A stretch of 64,000 nt of DNA from Candidatus Levyibacteriota bacterium (GTDB lineage: Bacteria > Patescibacteriota > Microgenomatia > Levybacterales > UBA12049), in assembly GCA_016204465.1 (NCBI GenBank), contig JACQKQ010000012.1:16769-80768 (forward strand), written 5' to 3'. The notes under the pieces are model-generated. The model was given only the letters and a program-made list of their open reading frames with translations. It did no database searches and was not told where the DNA came from. Both the position numbers and the translations under genes were made by a program. Shown piece after piece: positions 1 through 11,680 of the stretch; positions within the stretch are counted from its first letter, which is position 1; each line of letters opens with the position of its first letter.

Positions 1-2746
1 AGCTTCAATTGTGATGACGGTTCTACCGGTTATTCCACCGGATCTTCGTCCAATGGTACAGCTTGTAGGAGGCCGTTTTGCCACATCGGATCTTAATGAT
101 TTGTACCGCAGAATTATTAACAGAAACAATCGCTTGCGACACCTTATTTCCCTTGGCGCACCGGAAATTATCCTTCGCAACGAAAAGAGAATGCTCCAGG
201 AATCGGTAGATTCGCTTATTGATATTTCGCAGCGAAGCCAAGTTGTAGCTTCTCCGCTAAGATCGTTGTCTGACATGCTTCGTGGAAAGCAGGGACGCTT
301 CAGGCAGAATTTGCTTGGAAAACGTGTTGATTACTCCGGACGATCAGTTATTGTTGTTGGACCGCAGCTTAACCTTACGCAGTGCGGGTTGCCAAAAGAA
401 ATGGCTCTGGAGATGTTTAAGCCATTTGTCCTTCGCGAAGTTATTGTTCGTAATTTAGCGCCCAACATCAAAAGCGCAAAGCGATACATTGAGAAAAGGC
501 CGCCACAGGTATTTGATATTCTTGAAGAGATTACTAAAAATCATCCAGTGCTTTTAAACCGTGCCCCAACACTTCACAAACTTGGCATTCAAGCATTTTA
601 TCCGGTACTTATTGAGGGAGCAGCGATTCAATTACACCCTTGTGTCTGTGCCGGTTATAACGCAGACTTTGACGGCGACCAGATGGCGGTACATATTCCC
701 CTTTCAAAAGAAGCGCAGTCAGAAGCAATAAATCTTATGTTGCCAAGCCACAACTTGCTTAAACCAGCAGACGGAAGTCCAATCACACTTCCAAACCGAG
801 AAATGGCTGTTGGGGTGTTTTTCCTTACTACTATTGACGAGCGGTTGCGCAAAGATGAGGTTTCTACGTTTAAGGACACAGGAGAAGCAATGCTTGCCTA
901 CTTGCTTAATAAAGTTGCGCTTCGTTCCCCTATAAAGGTTCGCATTGACAACGGTGAGAAGAAAGAGATAGTAGAAACTACCATAGGCCGGATCATCTTC
1001 AACGAGCGCTTGCCAAAATCGCTTGGATTTGTTAACGAGGCGGTGAAAGCATCTGGAATTAACCGGCTCGTTACCCAAGCACTTGCAAAGTGTAGCGATT
1101 CGGAAGTTGCAACGTTAATTGACGATATCAAAAATCTTGGGTTTTATGCAGCAACTATTTCGGGCGTTTCTGTTTCAGTTTTTGACAATGAGATGGTAGC
1201 AGAGAAGGATCATCTTATTGAGGAAGCGGAGAAGAAGGTATCGGAAATCGAAGACGAATACCAGCAGGGGCTTATTACTACCGAAGAGCGAAAACGGTTG
1301 ACAAACGATGTGTGGCTTAAGACGACAGATACGATTGCAGATATGACATGGAATAATCTAAAAGTTGTTAATGTCATAAGGATGCTTATTGACTCCGAAG
1401 GAGTTAGGGCAGGAAAAGATCAGTTAAAGCAACTTTCTGCGATGCGAGGGCTTATACTTGACCCACTTGGTAAAATTGTTGAGCTACCGATTAAATCAAA
1501 TTTTAGAGAAGGATTATCTATTTTTGAATACGTTGCATCGGCTCGCGGTTCTCGAAAAGGGCTTACCGATTCGGCGTTAAAAACCGCAAACGCAGGCTAC
1601 CTGACAAGACGACTTGTTGATGTTTCGCACGACGTGATTATTGTCGAGCAAGATTGTGGAACAACAGAGGGTATTGTCATTAGCGCAGCAGATGAGAGAT
1701 TGACACCGTTTACTTCCCGACTTGTTGGTAGGACATCAGCACATAAAATTGTGTCCAAAAAGACGCGAAAGACGATTGTGAATGAGGGAGCGGAAATTAC
1801 CCCTGAAAAAGCCCTTGAGATTGGTAAAAGCGGGATAAGCGAGACGACAGTTCGTTCTCCTCTTTTTTGCAAACTCAAGTATGGGCTTTGCACAAAGTGC
1901 TACGGATGGGATTTTTCAACTAGACGCAAGGTGGACCTTGGCGTTCCAATTGGTGTTGTTGCAGCGCAATCTATTGGGGAGCCTGGCACACAACTGACAA
2001 TGCGTGTCAGGCACTTTGGAGGCGTTGTTATGTCCGATGTGACGCAAGGATTGCCTAGGGTCGAAGAGCTTTTTGAGATGCGAACACCCAAGAACTTCTC
2101 GCCAATCTCTGAAATTACCGGTAGAGTCGGTGTGGAACAAACAGATGATGGCTACGTTGTTAGCGTACGAAACGCCAGAATTAAGCCGGTTGAAGAGCGG
2201 GAGTACTTTGTGCCACTGGCGTCAGAGCTTTTGGTTGCCGATGGAGACGAAATTATTGCTGGTACAGCATTTGCCAGAGGGTATCTGGATCCAAAAGAGC
2301 TTCTTAAAGTTAGAGGACTTCCGTTTGCGCAAAGCTATATTATCTCCGAAGCGCAGCGCGTGTACGAATCGCAGGGTATCGCAATTAACGACAAACACTT
2401 CGAGGTGATTGTTCGGAAGATGTCTGACAAGGTCATTGTAGAAACAGTTGGTAACACTTCCTTTATCCCAGGAGACTTTATTACAAAGCCAAAATTTGAG
2501 GAGATTAACGCCGAAATGCTTGCTCAAGGCGCAGAGCCTGCAACAGGACGGCGAATTATATTGGGTATCACAAAAGCAGCCCTCTTTTCTGACTCGTGGC
2601 TTTCGGCAGCATCGTTCCAGGAAACGACAAAGGTGCTTACCGAAGCAGCGCTTGAAGGAAAAGAAGATAAGCTCATTGGGCTTAAGGAGAATGTTATTAT
2701 TGGCCGCCTCATTCCTGTTGAAGGAAAGCCCCAAAATGAGGTATAA
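1..2746 (+). CDS. rpoC: RNA polymerase beta' subunit, 5'-truncated by window edge
   Basis: NADFDGD catalytic motif, [24 protein letters not shown]. Confidence 0.99.
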   Translation, partial: ASIVMTVLPVIPPDLRPMVQLVGGRFATSDLNDLYRRIINRNNRLRHLISLGAPEIILRNEKRMLQESVDSLIDISQRSQVVASPLRSLSDMLRGKQGRFRQNLLGKRVDYSGRSVIVVGPQLNLTQCGLPKEMALEMFKPFVLREVIVRNLAPNIKSAKRYIEKRPPQVFDILEEITKNHPVLLNRAPTLHKLGIQAFYPVLIEGAAIQLHPCVCAGYNADFDGDQMAVHIPLSKEAQSEAINLMLPSHNLLKPADGSPITLPNREMAVGVFFLTTIDERLRKDEVSTFKDTGEAMLAYLLNKVALRSPIKVRIDNGEKKEIVETTIGRIIFNERLPKSLGFVNEAVKASGINRLVTQALAKCSDSEVATLIDDIKNLGFYAATISGVSVSVFDNEMVAEKDHLIEEAEKKVSEIEDEYQQGLITTEERKRLTNDVWLKTTDTIADMTWNNLKVVNVIRMLIDSEGVRAGKDQLKQLSAMRGLILDPLGKIVELPIKSNFREGLSIFEYVASARGSRKGLTDSALKTANAGYLTRRLVDVSHDVIIVEQDCGTTEGIVISAADERLTPFTSRLVGRTSAHKIVSKKTRKTIVNEGAEITPEKALEIGKSGISETTVRSPLFCKLKYGLCTKCYGWDFSTRRKVDLGVPIGVVAAQSIGEPGTQLTMRVRHFGGVVMSDVTQGLPRVEELFEMRTPKNFSPISEITGRVGVEQTDDGYVVSVRNARIKPVEEREYFVPLASELLVADGDEIIAGTAFARGYLDPKELLKVRGLPFAQSYIISEAQRVYESQGIAINDKHFEVIVRKMSDKVIVETVGNTSFIPGDFITKPKFEEINAEMLAQGAEPATGRRIILGITKAALFSDSWLSAASFQETTKVLTEAALEGKEDKLIGLKENVIIGRLIPVEGKPQNEV

Positions 2747-2749
2747 TAC

Positions 2750-2820
2750 CAAATGCAAAATTCAAAAATTAAAATTCAAAAATTATTTTTGCTTTTTGCT
2801 GTTTAATATTTAATTTTTCT
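2750..2820. repeat. Heptamer-periodic imperfect inverted repeat upstream of rpsL
   Basis: AAATGCA AAATTCA AAAATTA AAATTCA AAAATTA then TTTTTGC TTTTTGC TGTTTAA TATTTAA; TATAAT at 2742-2747. Confidence 0.75.
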
Positions 2821-2823
2821 ATT

Positions 2824-3294
2824 ATGCCGACTTTGTCACAACTTGCAAAAAGAGGAAGAAAGAAAAAAATCAAGAAAAGTAGGTCAACTGGTTTGCGTCG
2901 TATATATAATGCGCGTGAGAGAAGCTATAAAACACATCTCTCACCACAAAAGCGTGGAGTTGTTACTTTGGTTAAGACAATGACCCCAAGAAAACCAAAC
3001 TCAGCCCTTCGAAAAGTTGCTCGGGTTAAGCTTTCCAATCGGACTGAAGTCACCGCATACATCCAAGGTATTGGTCACTCGCTTGCAGAGCACGGTATTG
3101 TTTTGGTCCGCGGCGGTAGGGTGAAAGATCTTCCCGGTGTAAAATACCACATTGTACGGGGAAAGTTTGATTTAATGGGCGTAGAGTCCAGGCGTACTTC
3201 TCGAAGCAAATATGGCACGAAGAAAGGAGAAAAAGGCGCGCGGGTAATAACTGGTGCAACTCCCAAATCGGCAGAGGCTCAACCTAGCGTTTAG
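2824..3294 (+). CDS. rpsL: 30S ribosomal protein S12
   Basis: [21 protein letters not shown]. Confidence 0.99.
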   Translation: MPTLSQLAKRGRKKKIKKSRSTGLRRIYNARERSYKTHLSPQKRGVVTLVKTMTPRKPNSALRKVARVKLSNRTEVTAYIQGIGHSLAEHGIVLVRGGRVKDLPGVKYHIVRGKFDLMGVESRRTSRSKYGTKKGEKGARVITGATPKSAEAQPSV

Positions 3295-3302
3295 TTTCAA
3301 AT

Positions 3303-3776
3303 ATGAGACACAAGAAAGTATCGGCACGAATTGTTGCTTTAGATAAGGTTTACAATAACCGTTTGGTTACAAAGTTTATTAACCGACTCATGCGAGACGG
3401 GAAAAAATCAGCTGCGCAGAGCGTTTTTTACGGTGCCTTTGCTATTTTAGATCAAAAACAGCAAAAACCTTTGGAGGTTTTTGAAAAAGCTGTGCAAAAC
3501 GTTGGACCAAAAACAGAGGTGAAGGCGCGGCGTGTGGGCGGTGCGTCGTACCAGGTGCCACAAGAAGTCCGTGCAGACAGACGAGTATCTTTGGCAATTC
3601 GATGGATTATTCAAGCCGCACGGGATCGTTCAAGCAAAGAATATCACACGTTTGCCGAGAAATTATCTGCAGAGTTCTTGGATGCAAGTCAAAACCAGGG
3701 AGCAGCTATTAAAAAGCGCGACACCGTGCATCGAATGGCAGAAGCCAATAGGGCATTTTCTCACTTCCGTTGGTAA
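3303..3776 (+). CDS. rpsG: 30S ribosomal protein S7
   Basis: RRVGGASYQVP, HRMAEANRAF. Confidence 0.99.
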   Translation: MRHKKVSARIVALDKVYNNRLVTKFINRLMRDGKKSAAQSVFYGAFAILDQKQQKPLEVFEKAVQNVGPKTEVKARRVGGASYQVPQEVRADRRVSLAIRWIIQAARDRSSKEYHTFAEKLSAEFLDASQNQGAAIKKRDTVHRMAEANRAFSHFRW

Positions 3777-3792
3777 ACGATTTTTGAGAACT

Positions 3793-4392
3793 CTACTTAA
3801 CCGTAATCCCTAAGATTTTGTCGCTGATTTCGATTGTATCCACCACGTCTATGCCTTTCTTCACTATACCAAAATTAGTGTATTGACCATTGAGCCAGGA
3901 AGCTTCCTTTTTGGTAATAAAAAACTGCGCGTCATTGGAAATTTTTATATCTTGTCCTCGCGCGACGCCTAATGAACCGACAATAAACGGTTTGTTGTTC
4001 AGCTCCGTTGCCATATCGCCGCCTCCCGTGCCATTGCCTTTTGGATCGCCGCCTTGCACCACCCAATCTTCAACGCGATGGAATGTTAAATCATCATAAA
4101 ATCCACTCTCGGCTTTTTTAATAAAGTTTGCCACAGTTTTTGGCGCAACGTCGGGGTAGAGGGTGAGTGTAATATCGCCTTTGCTTGTTTTAATGGTTGC
4201 TTCTTGTGTTGCAATTGTTTCTTTCATAACGAGTTCTTCATCTGGTGAAAGCTGCGGAGTTACCACTGGCGTAATGATTACTGCCGGTGTTGGCGATACT
4301 GCCTTTTGCGGCGCTTGTTGGGTGTTTACGACAACGACTGCCCCTAAGACCCCAAACGCAACAAAAATTGTAAACAACGCTAATTTTATCAT
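3793..4392 (-). CDS. Membrane-anchored cyclophilin-type peptidyl-prolyl isomerase
   Basis: APKTVANF, FHRV, VQGGDP, QFFIT; hydrophobic N-terminus. Confidence 0.93.
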   Translation of the reverse strand: MIKLALFTIFVAFGVLGAVVVVNTQQAPQKAVSPTPAVIITPVVTPQLSPDEELVMKETIATQEATIKTSKGDITLTLYPDVAPKTVANFIKKAESGFYDDLTFHRVEDWVVQGGDPKGNGTGGGDMATELNNKPFIVGSLGVARGQDIKISNDAQFFITKKEASWLNGQYTNFGIVKKGIDVVDTIEISDKILGITVK

Positions 4393-4451
4393 AAAAGCTA
4401 TTTTGTCAAGTTTTGCTTGGTTTTGTCAAGCCTTTCTGCTAGGATTGCACC

Positions 4452-4871
4452 ATGGATAGGAAAAATCAGATTCTTAATTTTCTAAAGAAGCATAACATTA
4501 TGGTTCTCGCAACCGCAAATAAAGAAAATAATCCAGAAGCTGCCGTACTTGAGTATGGCATAACGGATGATCTTGAAATTATTTTTGATACATTCATAGA
4601 TTCACGAAAATACAGAAATATACAATATAACAATAACGTGTCACTTGTTATTGGTTGGGATGAGGATGTCACTGTGCAGTATGAAGGACAAGCATTTGAG
4701 TTAAAGGGTAGTGATCAGGGAAAATATAAACGAACCTACTTTCGCCAAAATCCAAGGGCAAAGAAGTGGGAGAAGAAAGAAGGTATTTCCTATTTCAAAG
4801 TGACGCCAAAATGGATTCGATACTCCGATCTCACAAAAAGCCCTTGGGAGGTATTCGAGATAACGTTATAA
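4452..4871 (+). CDS. Pyridoxamine 5'-phosphate oxidase-like FMN-binding protein
   Basis: MVLATA, SRKYRNI..N..VSLVI. Confidence 0.8.
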   Translation: MDRKNQILNFLKKHNIMVLATANKENNPEAAVLEYGITDDLEIIFDTFIDSRKYRNIQYNNNVSLVIGWDEDVTVQYEGQAFELKGSDQGKYKRTYFRQNPRAKKWEKKEGISYFKVTPKWIRYSDLTKSPWEVFEITL

Positions 4872-5014
4872 AAAAACCCGAGGTGTCTACGATGTACACC
4901 CCTGGTGTGGAATAGCTAGACACGTAAGGATTACAGGGTTTTGGAAAACCAGTCGGCCATCAAATCCGTATATTCTTTATTCCACTTTTAGTTGCGAGGG
5001 CGTGATTAGCGCAT

Positions 5015-5278
5015 CTAAACGTCGCCGTTTTCTTTTATTTTTGTATCTTCGTACGGGCCGACAACTCTGCGATAGAGCTCGTGCGTAATTGCAGTCAGGA
5101 CGCCAAGCGCGCGGTTGTAATGGAAATATTTTTGCGGATACAGCTGCTTAATGATTTTTGTGACAATGTAGTTGAGCGAGCCGTCTTGCTCTTCGGTAGG
5201 CAATTTCTTTAGATGGCTAATAAGCGGCTCAAGTAAACTATCAATTTGCGGACGTTGTTCATTCTTAATATATGGCAT
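5015..5278 (-). CDS. Small hypothetical protein (MPYIK... type)
   Basis: 87-aa ORF with TATAAT 7 nt upstream of ATG. Confidence 0.75.
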   Translation of the reverse strand: MPYIKNEQRPQIDSLLEPLISHLKKLPTEEQDGSLNYIVTKIIKQLYPQKYFHYNRALGVLTAITHELYRRVVGPYEDTKIKENGDV

Positions 5279-5335
5279 AAAACGTATTATACACCTCTTT
5301 TATCTGTAAAGAAAATATGGTATACTTAACACGAT

Positions 5336-5437
5336 CTCAAAGCTCAAAGCGAAAAGCGCAAAGCTACAGAAATTTACCCACAAGTTTTTAGTTTTTAGCT
5401 GTAATTTTGAGTTTTACCTTTTGAGTTTTGATTTTTT
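5336..5437. repeat. Heptamer-periodic inverted repeat in fusA 5' region
   Basis: CTCAAAG CTCAAAG CGAAAAG CGCAAAG CTACA ... TTTTTAG TTTTTAG CTGTAA TTTTGAG TTTTACC TTTTGAG; TGGTATACT promoter just upstream. Confidence 0.85.
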
Positions 5438-5441
5438 GTAT

Positions 5442-7592
5442 ATGGTAGTTGCAACAACACAAACCCGAAAAGTACCACTCGATCACATCAGAAACATTGG
5501 CATTATTGCCCATATTGATGCTGGGAAAACCACGACAACCGAGCGTATCCTCTTTTACACCGGCAGAACCTACAAGATTGGTGACATTGACGAAGGCACA
5601 ACGGTTATGGACTGGATGGAAGAAGAACGAAAGCGCGGCATTACGATTGTGTCTGCTGCAACCACCGCATTCTGGATCCACACAAAAGACAAAGATACTG
5701 GGAAAGACGACCCCTACAGAATTAACATTATTGATACCCCAGGCCACGTAGATTTTACCGCAGAGGTTGAGCGTTCGCTTCGAGTTTTGGACGGAGGCAT
5801 CACGGTTTTGGATGCCGAGGAGGGCGTACAGTCACAATCCGAGACAGTGTGGCGCCAGGCAGACAAGTACAAAGTGCCGCGTATTTGTTTTATTAACAAA
5901 ATGGATAAATTAGGCGCAGACTTTTTGGCAACGATTAAAAGCATCGAAGATCGCTTAGGCGCAAACACGGCAATTATGGTGTTGCCCATTGGGTTTGAAG
6001 CATCGTTTAAGGGTGTTGTTGATCTTCTCAATAGAAAAGCATACGTGTGGGGTTCAGACGAGCTTGGCGCAAAGTACGACGTATCAGACGAAATTCCAGC
6101 AGACATGAAAACGCAGGTTGAGGAGTATAGACACAAACTTGTCGAAAAGATTGCCGAAACTGATGACAAGCTCATCGAAAAGTATCTTAACAATCAAGAA
6201 ATTTCAGTTGAAGAATTAAAGGCAGCGCTTCGCCGGGCTGTCATTGCCTACAAACTCGTGCCAATTTACGCCGGATCATCACTTCGCAATAAGGGAGTGC
6301 AACCCCTCCTCGATGCAGTTGTTGACTACCTTCCATCCCCGCCCGATCTTAAGGAAACAAAAGGTATTCATCCAAAAACAGGGCAAGAGGAAGTTCGGCA
6401 GCTGACACCAGAAGAATCTTTGAGTGGCCTTGCATTTAAGATTCAAAACGACCCGCATGTTGGAAAGCTTACCTACTTTCGCGTGTACTCGGGGAAAATT
6501 TCAGCCGGATCTTATGTATACAACAGTACCAAAAATATACAGGAGCGTGTTGGTAGACTTCTTTTAATGCACTCCAATCAGCGTGAAGAAATAAAAGTTG
6601 CAGAAGCTGGAGAAATTGTCGCAATTGTTGGGCTTAAGGATACGGGCACAGGAGATACGCTTTGCGACCAGGCAAAGCCGATAGTTCTTGAGAAAATTTC
6701 CTTCCCAGAACCGGTTATTTCCTTGGCAATTGAGCCAAAGACAAAATCCGACCAAGAAAAACTTGGGTATGCATTAAAACGGCTTATGGAAGAAGATCCA
6801 ACCTTCCAGGTTAAGACAAACCACGAGACAGGGCAGACGATTATTTCCGGTGTTGGCGAATTGCAGCTTGAGGTAAAGGTGCACCAGATGAAAAGCGACT
6901 TTGGCGTTGATGCAAACGTTGGCGCGCCGCAGGTTGCGTACAAAGAAACAATTAACCAAAAAGCGCAAGCAGAGGGAAAATACATTCGCCAATCCGGAGG
7001 ACGAGGCCAGTACGGGCACTGTTTTTTGCGCGTTGAGCCAAAGCCACGGGGCGAGGGATATGAATTTGTTGATGCAATTAAAGGTGGTGCAATTCCGGCA
7101 GAATTTGTCAAGGCAGTTGAAAAGGGTGTAGTTGATACTATGGAAAATGGTATTCTGCTTGGCTACCCATTGGTTGACATGACGGTTACCTGTTACGATG
7201 GGTCCTACCACGATGTTGACTCCTCTGAAATTGCTTTCAAAATTGCAGCATCGCAAGCGCTCCAGGCTGCTACAAAAAAAGCAAATCTTACCCTTCTTGA
7301 ACCAATCATGAAGGTGGAGGTTACGACTCCTTCTGAATTTATGGGAGACGTCATTGGCGATTTGTCTGCAAAACGGGCGCAGATTTTGGGAACAGAAGAA
7401 CGACACAAAGCAACCATTATTTTGGCCATGGTGCCGCTCGCCGAACTTTCCGGCTACGCAACCACTTTGCGCAGCATGACGCAAGGGCGAGCCAGCTACT
7501 ACATGGAGCCGTCCCACTACGAAGAAGTGCCCAAAAACATCCAAGAACAATTGCTTGCAAAATCAACATTTACTGGTCGAGTTTCTGCCTAA
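5442..7592 (+). CDS. fusA: Elongation factor G
   Basis: [21 protein letters not shown]; start placed at first ATG after the repeat. Confidence 0.98.
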   Translation: MVVATTQTRKVPLDHIRNIGIIAHIDAGKTTTTERILFYTGRTYKIGDIDEGTTVMDWMEEERKRGITIVSAATTAFWIHTKDKDTGKDDPYRINIIDTPGHVDFTAEVERSLRVLDGGITVLDAEEGVQSQSETVWRQADKYKVPRICFINKMDKLGADFLATIKSIEDRLGANTAIMVLPIGFEASFKGVVDLLNRKAYVWGSDELGAKYDVSDEIPADMKTQVEEYRHKLVEKIAETDDKLIEKYLNNQEISVEELKAALRRAVIAYKLVPIYAGSSLRNKGVQPLLDAVVDYLPSPPDLKETKGIHPKTGQEEVRQLTPEESLSGLAFKIQNDPHVGKLTYFRVYSGKISAGSYVYNSTKNIQERVGRLLLMHSNQREEIKVAEAGEIVAIVGLKDTGTGDTLCDQAKPIVLEKISFPEPVISLAIEPKTKSDQEKLGYALKRLMEEDPTFQVKTNHETGQTIISGVGELQLEVKVHQMKSDFGVDANVGAPQVAYKETINQKAQAEGKYIRQSGGRGQYGHCFLRVEPKPRGEGYEFVDAIKGGAIPAEFVKAVEKGVVDTMENGILLGYPLVDMTVTCYDGSYHDVDSSEIAFKIAASQALQAATKKANLTLLEPIMKVEVTTPSEFMGDVIGDLSAKRAQILGTEERHKATIILAMVPLAELSGYATTLRSMTQGRASYYMEPSHYEEVPKNIQEQLLAKSTFTGRVSA

Positions 7593-7601
7593 ACATTTTA
7601 T

Positions 7602-8231
7602 ATGGGAGATATACGAGAGGCAGGGAGGAAAGCTCCTGTTAACCATGATGATGAAGGGGATGCTGGTATTATTCGTCCACGAGAGCCTCAATTAACTTCT
7701 ATTTATTGGGAAACAATTTTTGGTCCTAACTGGCAGCAAGATGTTCAGGATATATTTAGACAAGGAATACTATGGTCTGATGTACTGCAATTCCGTGCAG
7801 AACCAGCACGACACATATATCCAGGCGTAAAAGCACCTGATACGTATTATTTTGTGGAGCAATTTGGCGGGCCAACGGGGGAGGATAAAATACATGTCTC
7901 GGCGATGACTCCTGGTGGTCAAAGTTCAAGACACCGCCACGAGCATTATGAAGGAAGAGAGGCGTATTATTTGGTAAGAGGTAAGGCTGTTCTTCTGCTT
8001 GGAGACGATGATGGGCTTAAGGTTGAGCCGTTGTCTGAAGGGGTATTTACAATGGTATACCCAAACACATGGCATCAAGTTCGAACGATAAAAAATCATG
8101 CATTATTAATTGTTATTAATTACAATGCAAGGGACGTAGAGCTTCTTCATAGTCTTCACCTAAATCAGCTTCGTGACTGGATGCTTCTTGAAGAGAAACC
8201 ACTACATCAAAACCCGTCGAGTAATCAGTGA
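7602..8231 (+). CDS. Cupin-domain protein
   Basis: HRH..E.YYLVRG and PNTWHQVR cupin motifs. Confidence 0.7.
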   Translation: MGDIREAGRKAPVNHDDEGDAGIIRPREPQLTSIYWETIFGPNWQQDVQDIFRQGILWSDVLQFRAEPARHIYPGVKAPDTYYFVEQFGGPTGEDKIHVSAMTPGGQSSRHRHEHYEGREAYYLVRGKAVLLLGDDDGLKVEPLSEGVFTMVYPNTWHQVRTIKNHALLIVINYNARDVELLHSLHLNQLRDWMLLEEKPLHQNPSSNQ

Positions 8232-8861
8232 GCAGCTAATAACCGCAATATCAATTCCAATTGGCAATAAGAGAAATAGATTGAGATTTTTGATTTGCTC
8301 ACTAATATCGATATTGAGAGTAATTGCCGGCGGAGAGAAACTAATACCCATAAGAAAACCTATTAAAAGAATTATACCGATGGTTGCAAAAAGTTCGAGG
8401 GCTCCTTCCATATCTTTTCTGCTTGAATACATCGTATTACCGATGACAAAGAGGATATAGCCAAAGAGGATTTGCTTCCACAATGTGTTCACGATTTGCA
8501 TTTCCAAAACAAGAAACGATCCCGCAATCAGCATAATACCAGCAATAATTGGCGCAGCGCCAATGAAAAAGCGGCGGATAGGATCGGTTTTGGCAATCGC
8601 AACGCTGCCAAGTTTTACTTCGTTTCCGTTCATTACCGGTAAAAACTCAATCTCGCCAGTTTTCACCAACAATAAATTTGCGACAATAAGGTGCGCGAGT
8701 TCATGCACCACTACTCCTGGAAAAAAGAGAATGGCCAAAATGGTAATTGTCAGCTTTTTGTTTTTCGTAATGCGATAGAGCATTTTTGATAGTTCGCGCG
8801 TGAGAAGAATTGAGAGGAAAAAGAGGAGTATAAGTTCAACAAAGACTAAAACGTATGCCAT
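8202..8861 (-). CDS. Membrane protein with HExxH, M50-like metalloprotease
   Basis: PGVVVHELAH, several hydrophobic helices, GAAP. Confidence 0.7.
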   Translation of the reverse strand: MAYVLVFVELILLFFLSILLTRELSKMLYRITKNKKLTITILAILFFPGVVVHELAHLIVANLLLVKTGEIEFLPVMNGNEVKLGSVAIAKTDPIRRFFIGAAPIIAGIMLIAGSFLVLEMQIVNTLWKQILFGYILFVIGNTMYSSRKDMEGALELFATIGIILLIGFLMGISFSPPAITLNIDISEQIKNLNLFLLLPIGIDIAVISCSLITRRVLM

Positions 8862-8923
8862 AGAACAATCATACCATGGAGCTACAAAACTCTAACAAAG
8901 AAATATGGTAAAATGCAAAAACC

Positions 8924-9610
8924 ATGAAAACGATTGTTTGTATTTTTGCCCATCCGGATGATGAGGCGTTTGGGCCGGCAGGAACGATTGCCAAGCTGGC
9001 TAAAGAAAATGATGTATACATCCTTTGTGCGACAAAAGGAGAAGCAGGATTACAAAATAAAAAATTAGAAATTAAAAATCAAAATGACAAAGCAAAAATA
9101 AAAAAATTAGGAGAGATACGGGCAGATGAACTCCGTCAATCAGCAAAAGTACTCGGTGTGAAGGGTGTTTACTTTTTGGGATTTGAAGACGGAACGCTTT
9201 GTAATAACCTCTACCATAAGCTTACGGCAAAGATCAAAAGAAAGTTACTGCAGCTCAAACCGGAAATCATTCTCACATTTGAACCAAAAGGCATCTCCGG
9301 ACACATAGACCATATTACGGTTTCGATGGTTGCCTCGTTTTTGTTTTACAAGCTCTTATTTATCAAAGAGATGTGGCAGCATTGTTTGCTTAAAGAGTAC
9401 CAATACATGGTAGGGCAAAATTACTTTATCTACTTTCCGCCAGGGTACGATAGATCAGACGTTGACAAAACAATTGATGTTTCGGATGTATGGGAAACAA
9501 AGGTTGCGGCAATGTATTGCCATAAAACCCAACTAAAAGATATAAAGCGCATCTTGCGCTCGTACGCAAAACGGCCAAAAGAGGAAAACTTTCTTGTTGT
9601 CACGAAATGA
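8924..9610 (+). CDS. PIG-L/LmbE family N-deacetylase
   Basis: AHPDDE, T.GEAG, GHIDH, HKTQ. Confidence 0.92.
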   Translation: MKTIVCIFAHPDDEAFGPAGTIAKLAKENDVYILCATKGEAGLQNKKLEIKNQNDKAKIKKLGEIRADELRQSAKVLGVKGVYFLGFEDGTLCNNLYHKLTAKIKRKLLQLKPEIILTFEPKGISGHIDHITVSMVASFLFYKLLFIKEMWQHCLLKEYQYMVGQNYFIYFPPGYDRSDVDKTIDVSDVWETKVAAMYCHKTQLKDIKRILRSYAKRPKEENFLVVTK

Positions 9611-10668
9611 AATATATTGCTCTTCTTGTGCTTGCTTTTGGAATAGTTTTCTATTTTGGATTAAAAGCAAATCAATCTCTTCCATTACAACCGAGCGCAA
9701 CAGATATTCCTACACCTTCGCAATCACCAGTTCAAAAAGCAACATCAGCAATTTTTGTGCCGTATTGGAGTTTTACAAGAACTACAAATGCTGATGAGTT
9801 TGATCAGGTTTTTTATTTTGGCATTGCGGTAGATGAAACGGGAGTTAATACGCAAGAAATTGGATACAAAAAACTTGCACAATTTGCAAGTACGATTCCA
9901 AAAGAAAAAGAAACGCTTCTTGTTGTGAGAATGATTGATCAGGAAAACAATTTTGCGGTTCTTAAAAATCCTAAAGTGCAGGAAGAGATTATTAACCAAA
10001 CAACCACATTAGCAAAACAGTATAGTTTTGAAGGAATTGCGCTTGATTTAGAAGTATCGAGCCTTCCATTCGAATCAATAACAAAACAGATTACTACCTT
10101 TACGAAACTTTTTTACGATAAAGCAAAAAAAGAAAATCTGCAATTTAATGTACTTTTGTATGGAGATACATTTTCCAAAATTCGACCCTACGATGTTGTT
10201 GAGCTTCGAAATTATACCGACCACATTCTTTTAATGGCATATGATTTTCATAAAGCAAATGGAAATCCTGGCCCAAACTTTCCGTTCAGTGGTAAGGAAA
10301 CGTATGGGTATGATTTCCAGACAATGGTAACAGACTTTTTAAATCTCGTGCCAAAAGAAAAACTGGGCGTTGTGTTTGGGATGTTTGGGTATGATTGGAT
10401 AGTTGATGACCAGAATGAATCGGTAGGTCTTGCAACAAGCCTTAGTCTTAATCAAATGCAGCGGCGTTTTGTAGATGGTTGTAACTTTAGTGATTGTTCA
10501 GCTGTTCGAGATAGTACGTCAGCAGAGATGAAAGTTGAGTACATTGATCAAAGCGGAAAAAAGCATGTGGTTTGGTTTGAGGACAAAGAATCGTATCTAA
10601 AAAAGAAAGAATTTCTAGAGCAAAAAGGAATTACCAACATCTCCTTCTGGGCGTATTCGTATTTTTAG
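9607..10668 (+). CDS. Exported GH18-like glycoside hydrolase
   Basis: Signal anchor, EGIALDLE, LMAYDFH, VWFED; ATGA overlap with upstream gene. Confidence 0.85.
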   Translation: MKYIALLVLAFGIVFYFGLKANQSLPLQPSATDIPTPSQSPVQKATSAIFVPYWSFTRTTNADEFDQVFYFGIAVDETGVNTQEIGYKKLAQFASTIPKEKETLLVVRMIDQENNFAVLKNPKVQEEIINQTTTLAKQYSFEGIALDLEVSSLPFESITKQITTFTKLFYDKAKKENLQFNVLLYGDTFSKIRPYDVVELRNYTDHILLMAYDFHKANGNPGPNFPFSGKETYGYDFQTMVTDFLNLVPKEKLGVVFGMFGYDWIVDDQNESVGLATSLSLNQMQRRFVDGCNFSDCSAVRDSTSAEMKVEYIDQSGKKHVVWFEDKESYLKKKEFLEQKGITNISFWAYSYF

Positions 10669-10889
10669 GTCAGCTTAAAAAAGAAGCCAGAAAGAATAAC
10701 AAGGAAAATGCCAAGAGCAATTGAAGCAATTGGGTCATTGAGAAGCGGCGTTGCGTCGGTAAGCGTCCAGATGCCTCGCCAGACAAGCACAACGCCAATA
10801 ATGCCAACTAGAGAAAAAAGTATTTTGTGGTGTGCCCGTGCACGAATCAGTCTTCTAGGTAAACTCTTTTCCGCAGATTTCTTCCTCAT
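10665..10889 (-). CDS. Small two-helix membrane protein
   Basis: GVVLVWRGIW; TATACT just upstream of ATG 10889. Confidence 0.7.
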   Translation of the reverse strand: MRKKSAEKSLPRRLIRARAHHKILFSLVGIIGVVLVWRGIWTLTDATPLLNDPIASIALGIFLVILSGFFFKLT

Positions 10890-10912
10890 AAATTCAGTAT
10901 ATATGATGAGCA

Positions 10913-11680
10913 TTATAATGTATATGGTACGTGGTGTTTGAAGGAGTTGCGTTTGACCCAATCAAGAATTATCTCTGCGTTTGCAAGGCCTCGCCTTGCA
11001 AGCTCATCAATACTCACTTTTTTTTCAAAATGCAAGTACAGCACCTGGTCTGCTTCTTGGTAAGTAAATCCAAATTCTCCCTCATCCGTTTGCCTCTGCC
11101 AAAGCCCTGCAGTTGGTTTTTGTTCAATAATTTTTTTGGGGACACCAAGATACTTTGCAAGTTTGTACACTTGGATTTTGTACAAGTGGCGAATCGGTTC
11201 AATGTCCGATGCCTCGTCGCCAAAACGGGTAAAGTAGGCTAAATAATGTTCGGATTTATTCTCTGTTCCAACCACAAGCGCATTTTCTTTTTTGGCAAAA
11301 TCGTACAAAAAAATCATCCTCATTCGAGCCATAATGTTACCCAGCCGAGTATTATTGTTTCCTAATTCGTTATTCCTAATTCCTAATTCATTTGAAACCG
11401 TATCGACAGCGCTTTTAATAGAGATCATTTTCAGATTTACGTCAGGTATACCTGTATATCTTACAAATTCTTTAATTTCTTTTTTGTCAGGTTTATAATA
11501 ATATAAATGTATAGGGAAAATATGTTCTTTTGGCAGTGCGCGGGATAAAAGAAAAAGTGAGGTTGTTGAGTCAATGCCTCCCGAAATACCAATAACTGCT
11601 TTTTGAACACCTTGTTCTGCGAACGTTTTTTTCAGGAAATAAATGATCTGCTCTATTTCTTTTTTCGCGTCTATTTTCAT
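10913..11680 (-). CDS. nadE: NH3-dependent NAD+ synthetase
   Basis: SGGIDS, NIMARMRM, GTENKSE, PTAGLW..QTDE. Confidence 0.96.
   Translation of the reverse strand: MKIDAKKEIEQIIYFLKKTFAEQGVQKAVIGISGGIDSTTSLFLLSRALPKEHIFPIHLYYYKPDKKEIKEFVRYTGIPDVNLKMISIKSAVDTVSNELGIRNNELGNNNTRLGNIMARMRMIFLYDFAKKENALVVGTENKSEHYLAYFTRFGDEASDIEPIRHLYKIQVYKLAKYLGVPKKIIEQKPTAGLWQRQTDEGEFGFTYQEADQVLYLHFEKKVSIDELARRGLANAEIILDWVKRNSFKHHVPYTL

Noticed and set aside
5421..5441. Extended N-termini in the ORF track (fusA, nadD, rpsC, recA and others)
   Set aside because: Upstream alternative starts fall in repeats or neighbouring genes; downstream ATGs fit homology and promoter position.
6578..7550. Long antisense ORFs within fusA (similar ones in rpoC, recA, tuf)
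   Set aside because: Typical shadow ORFs of conserved genes.
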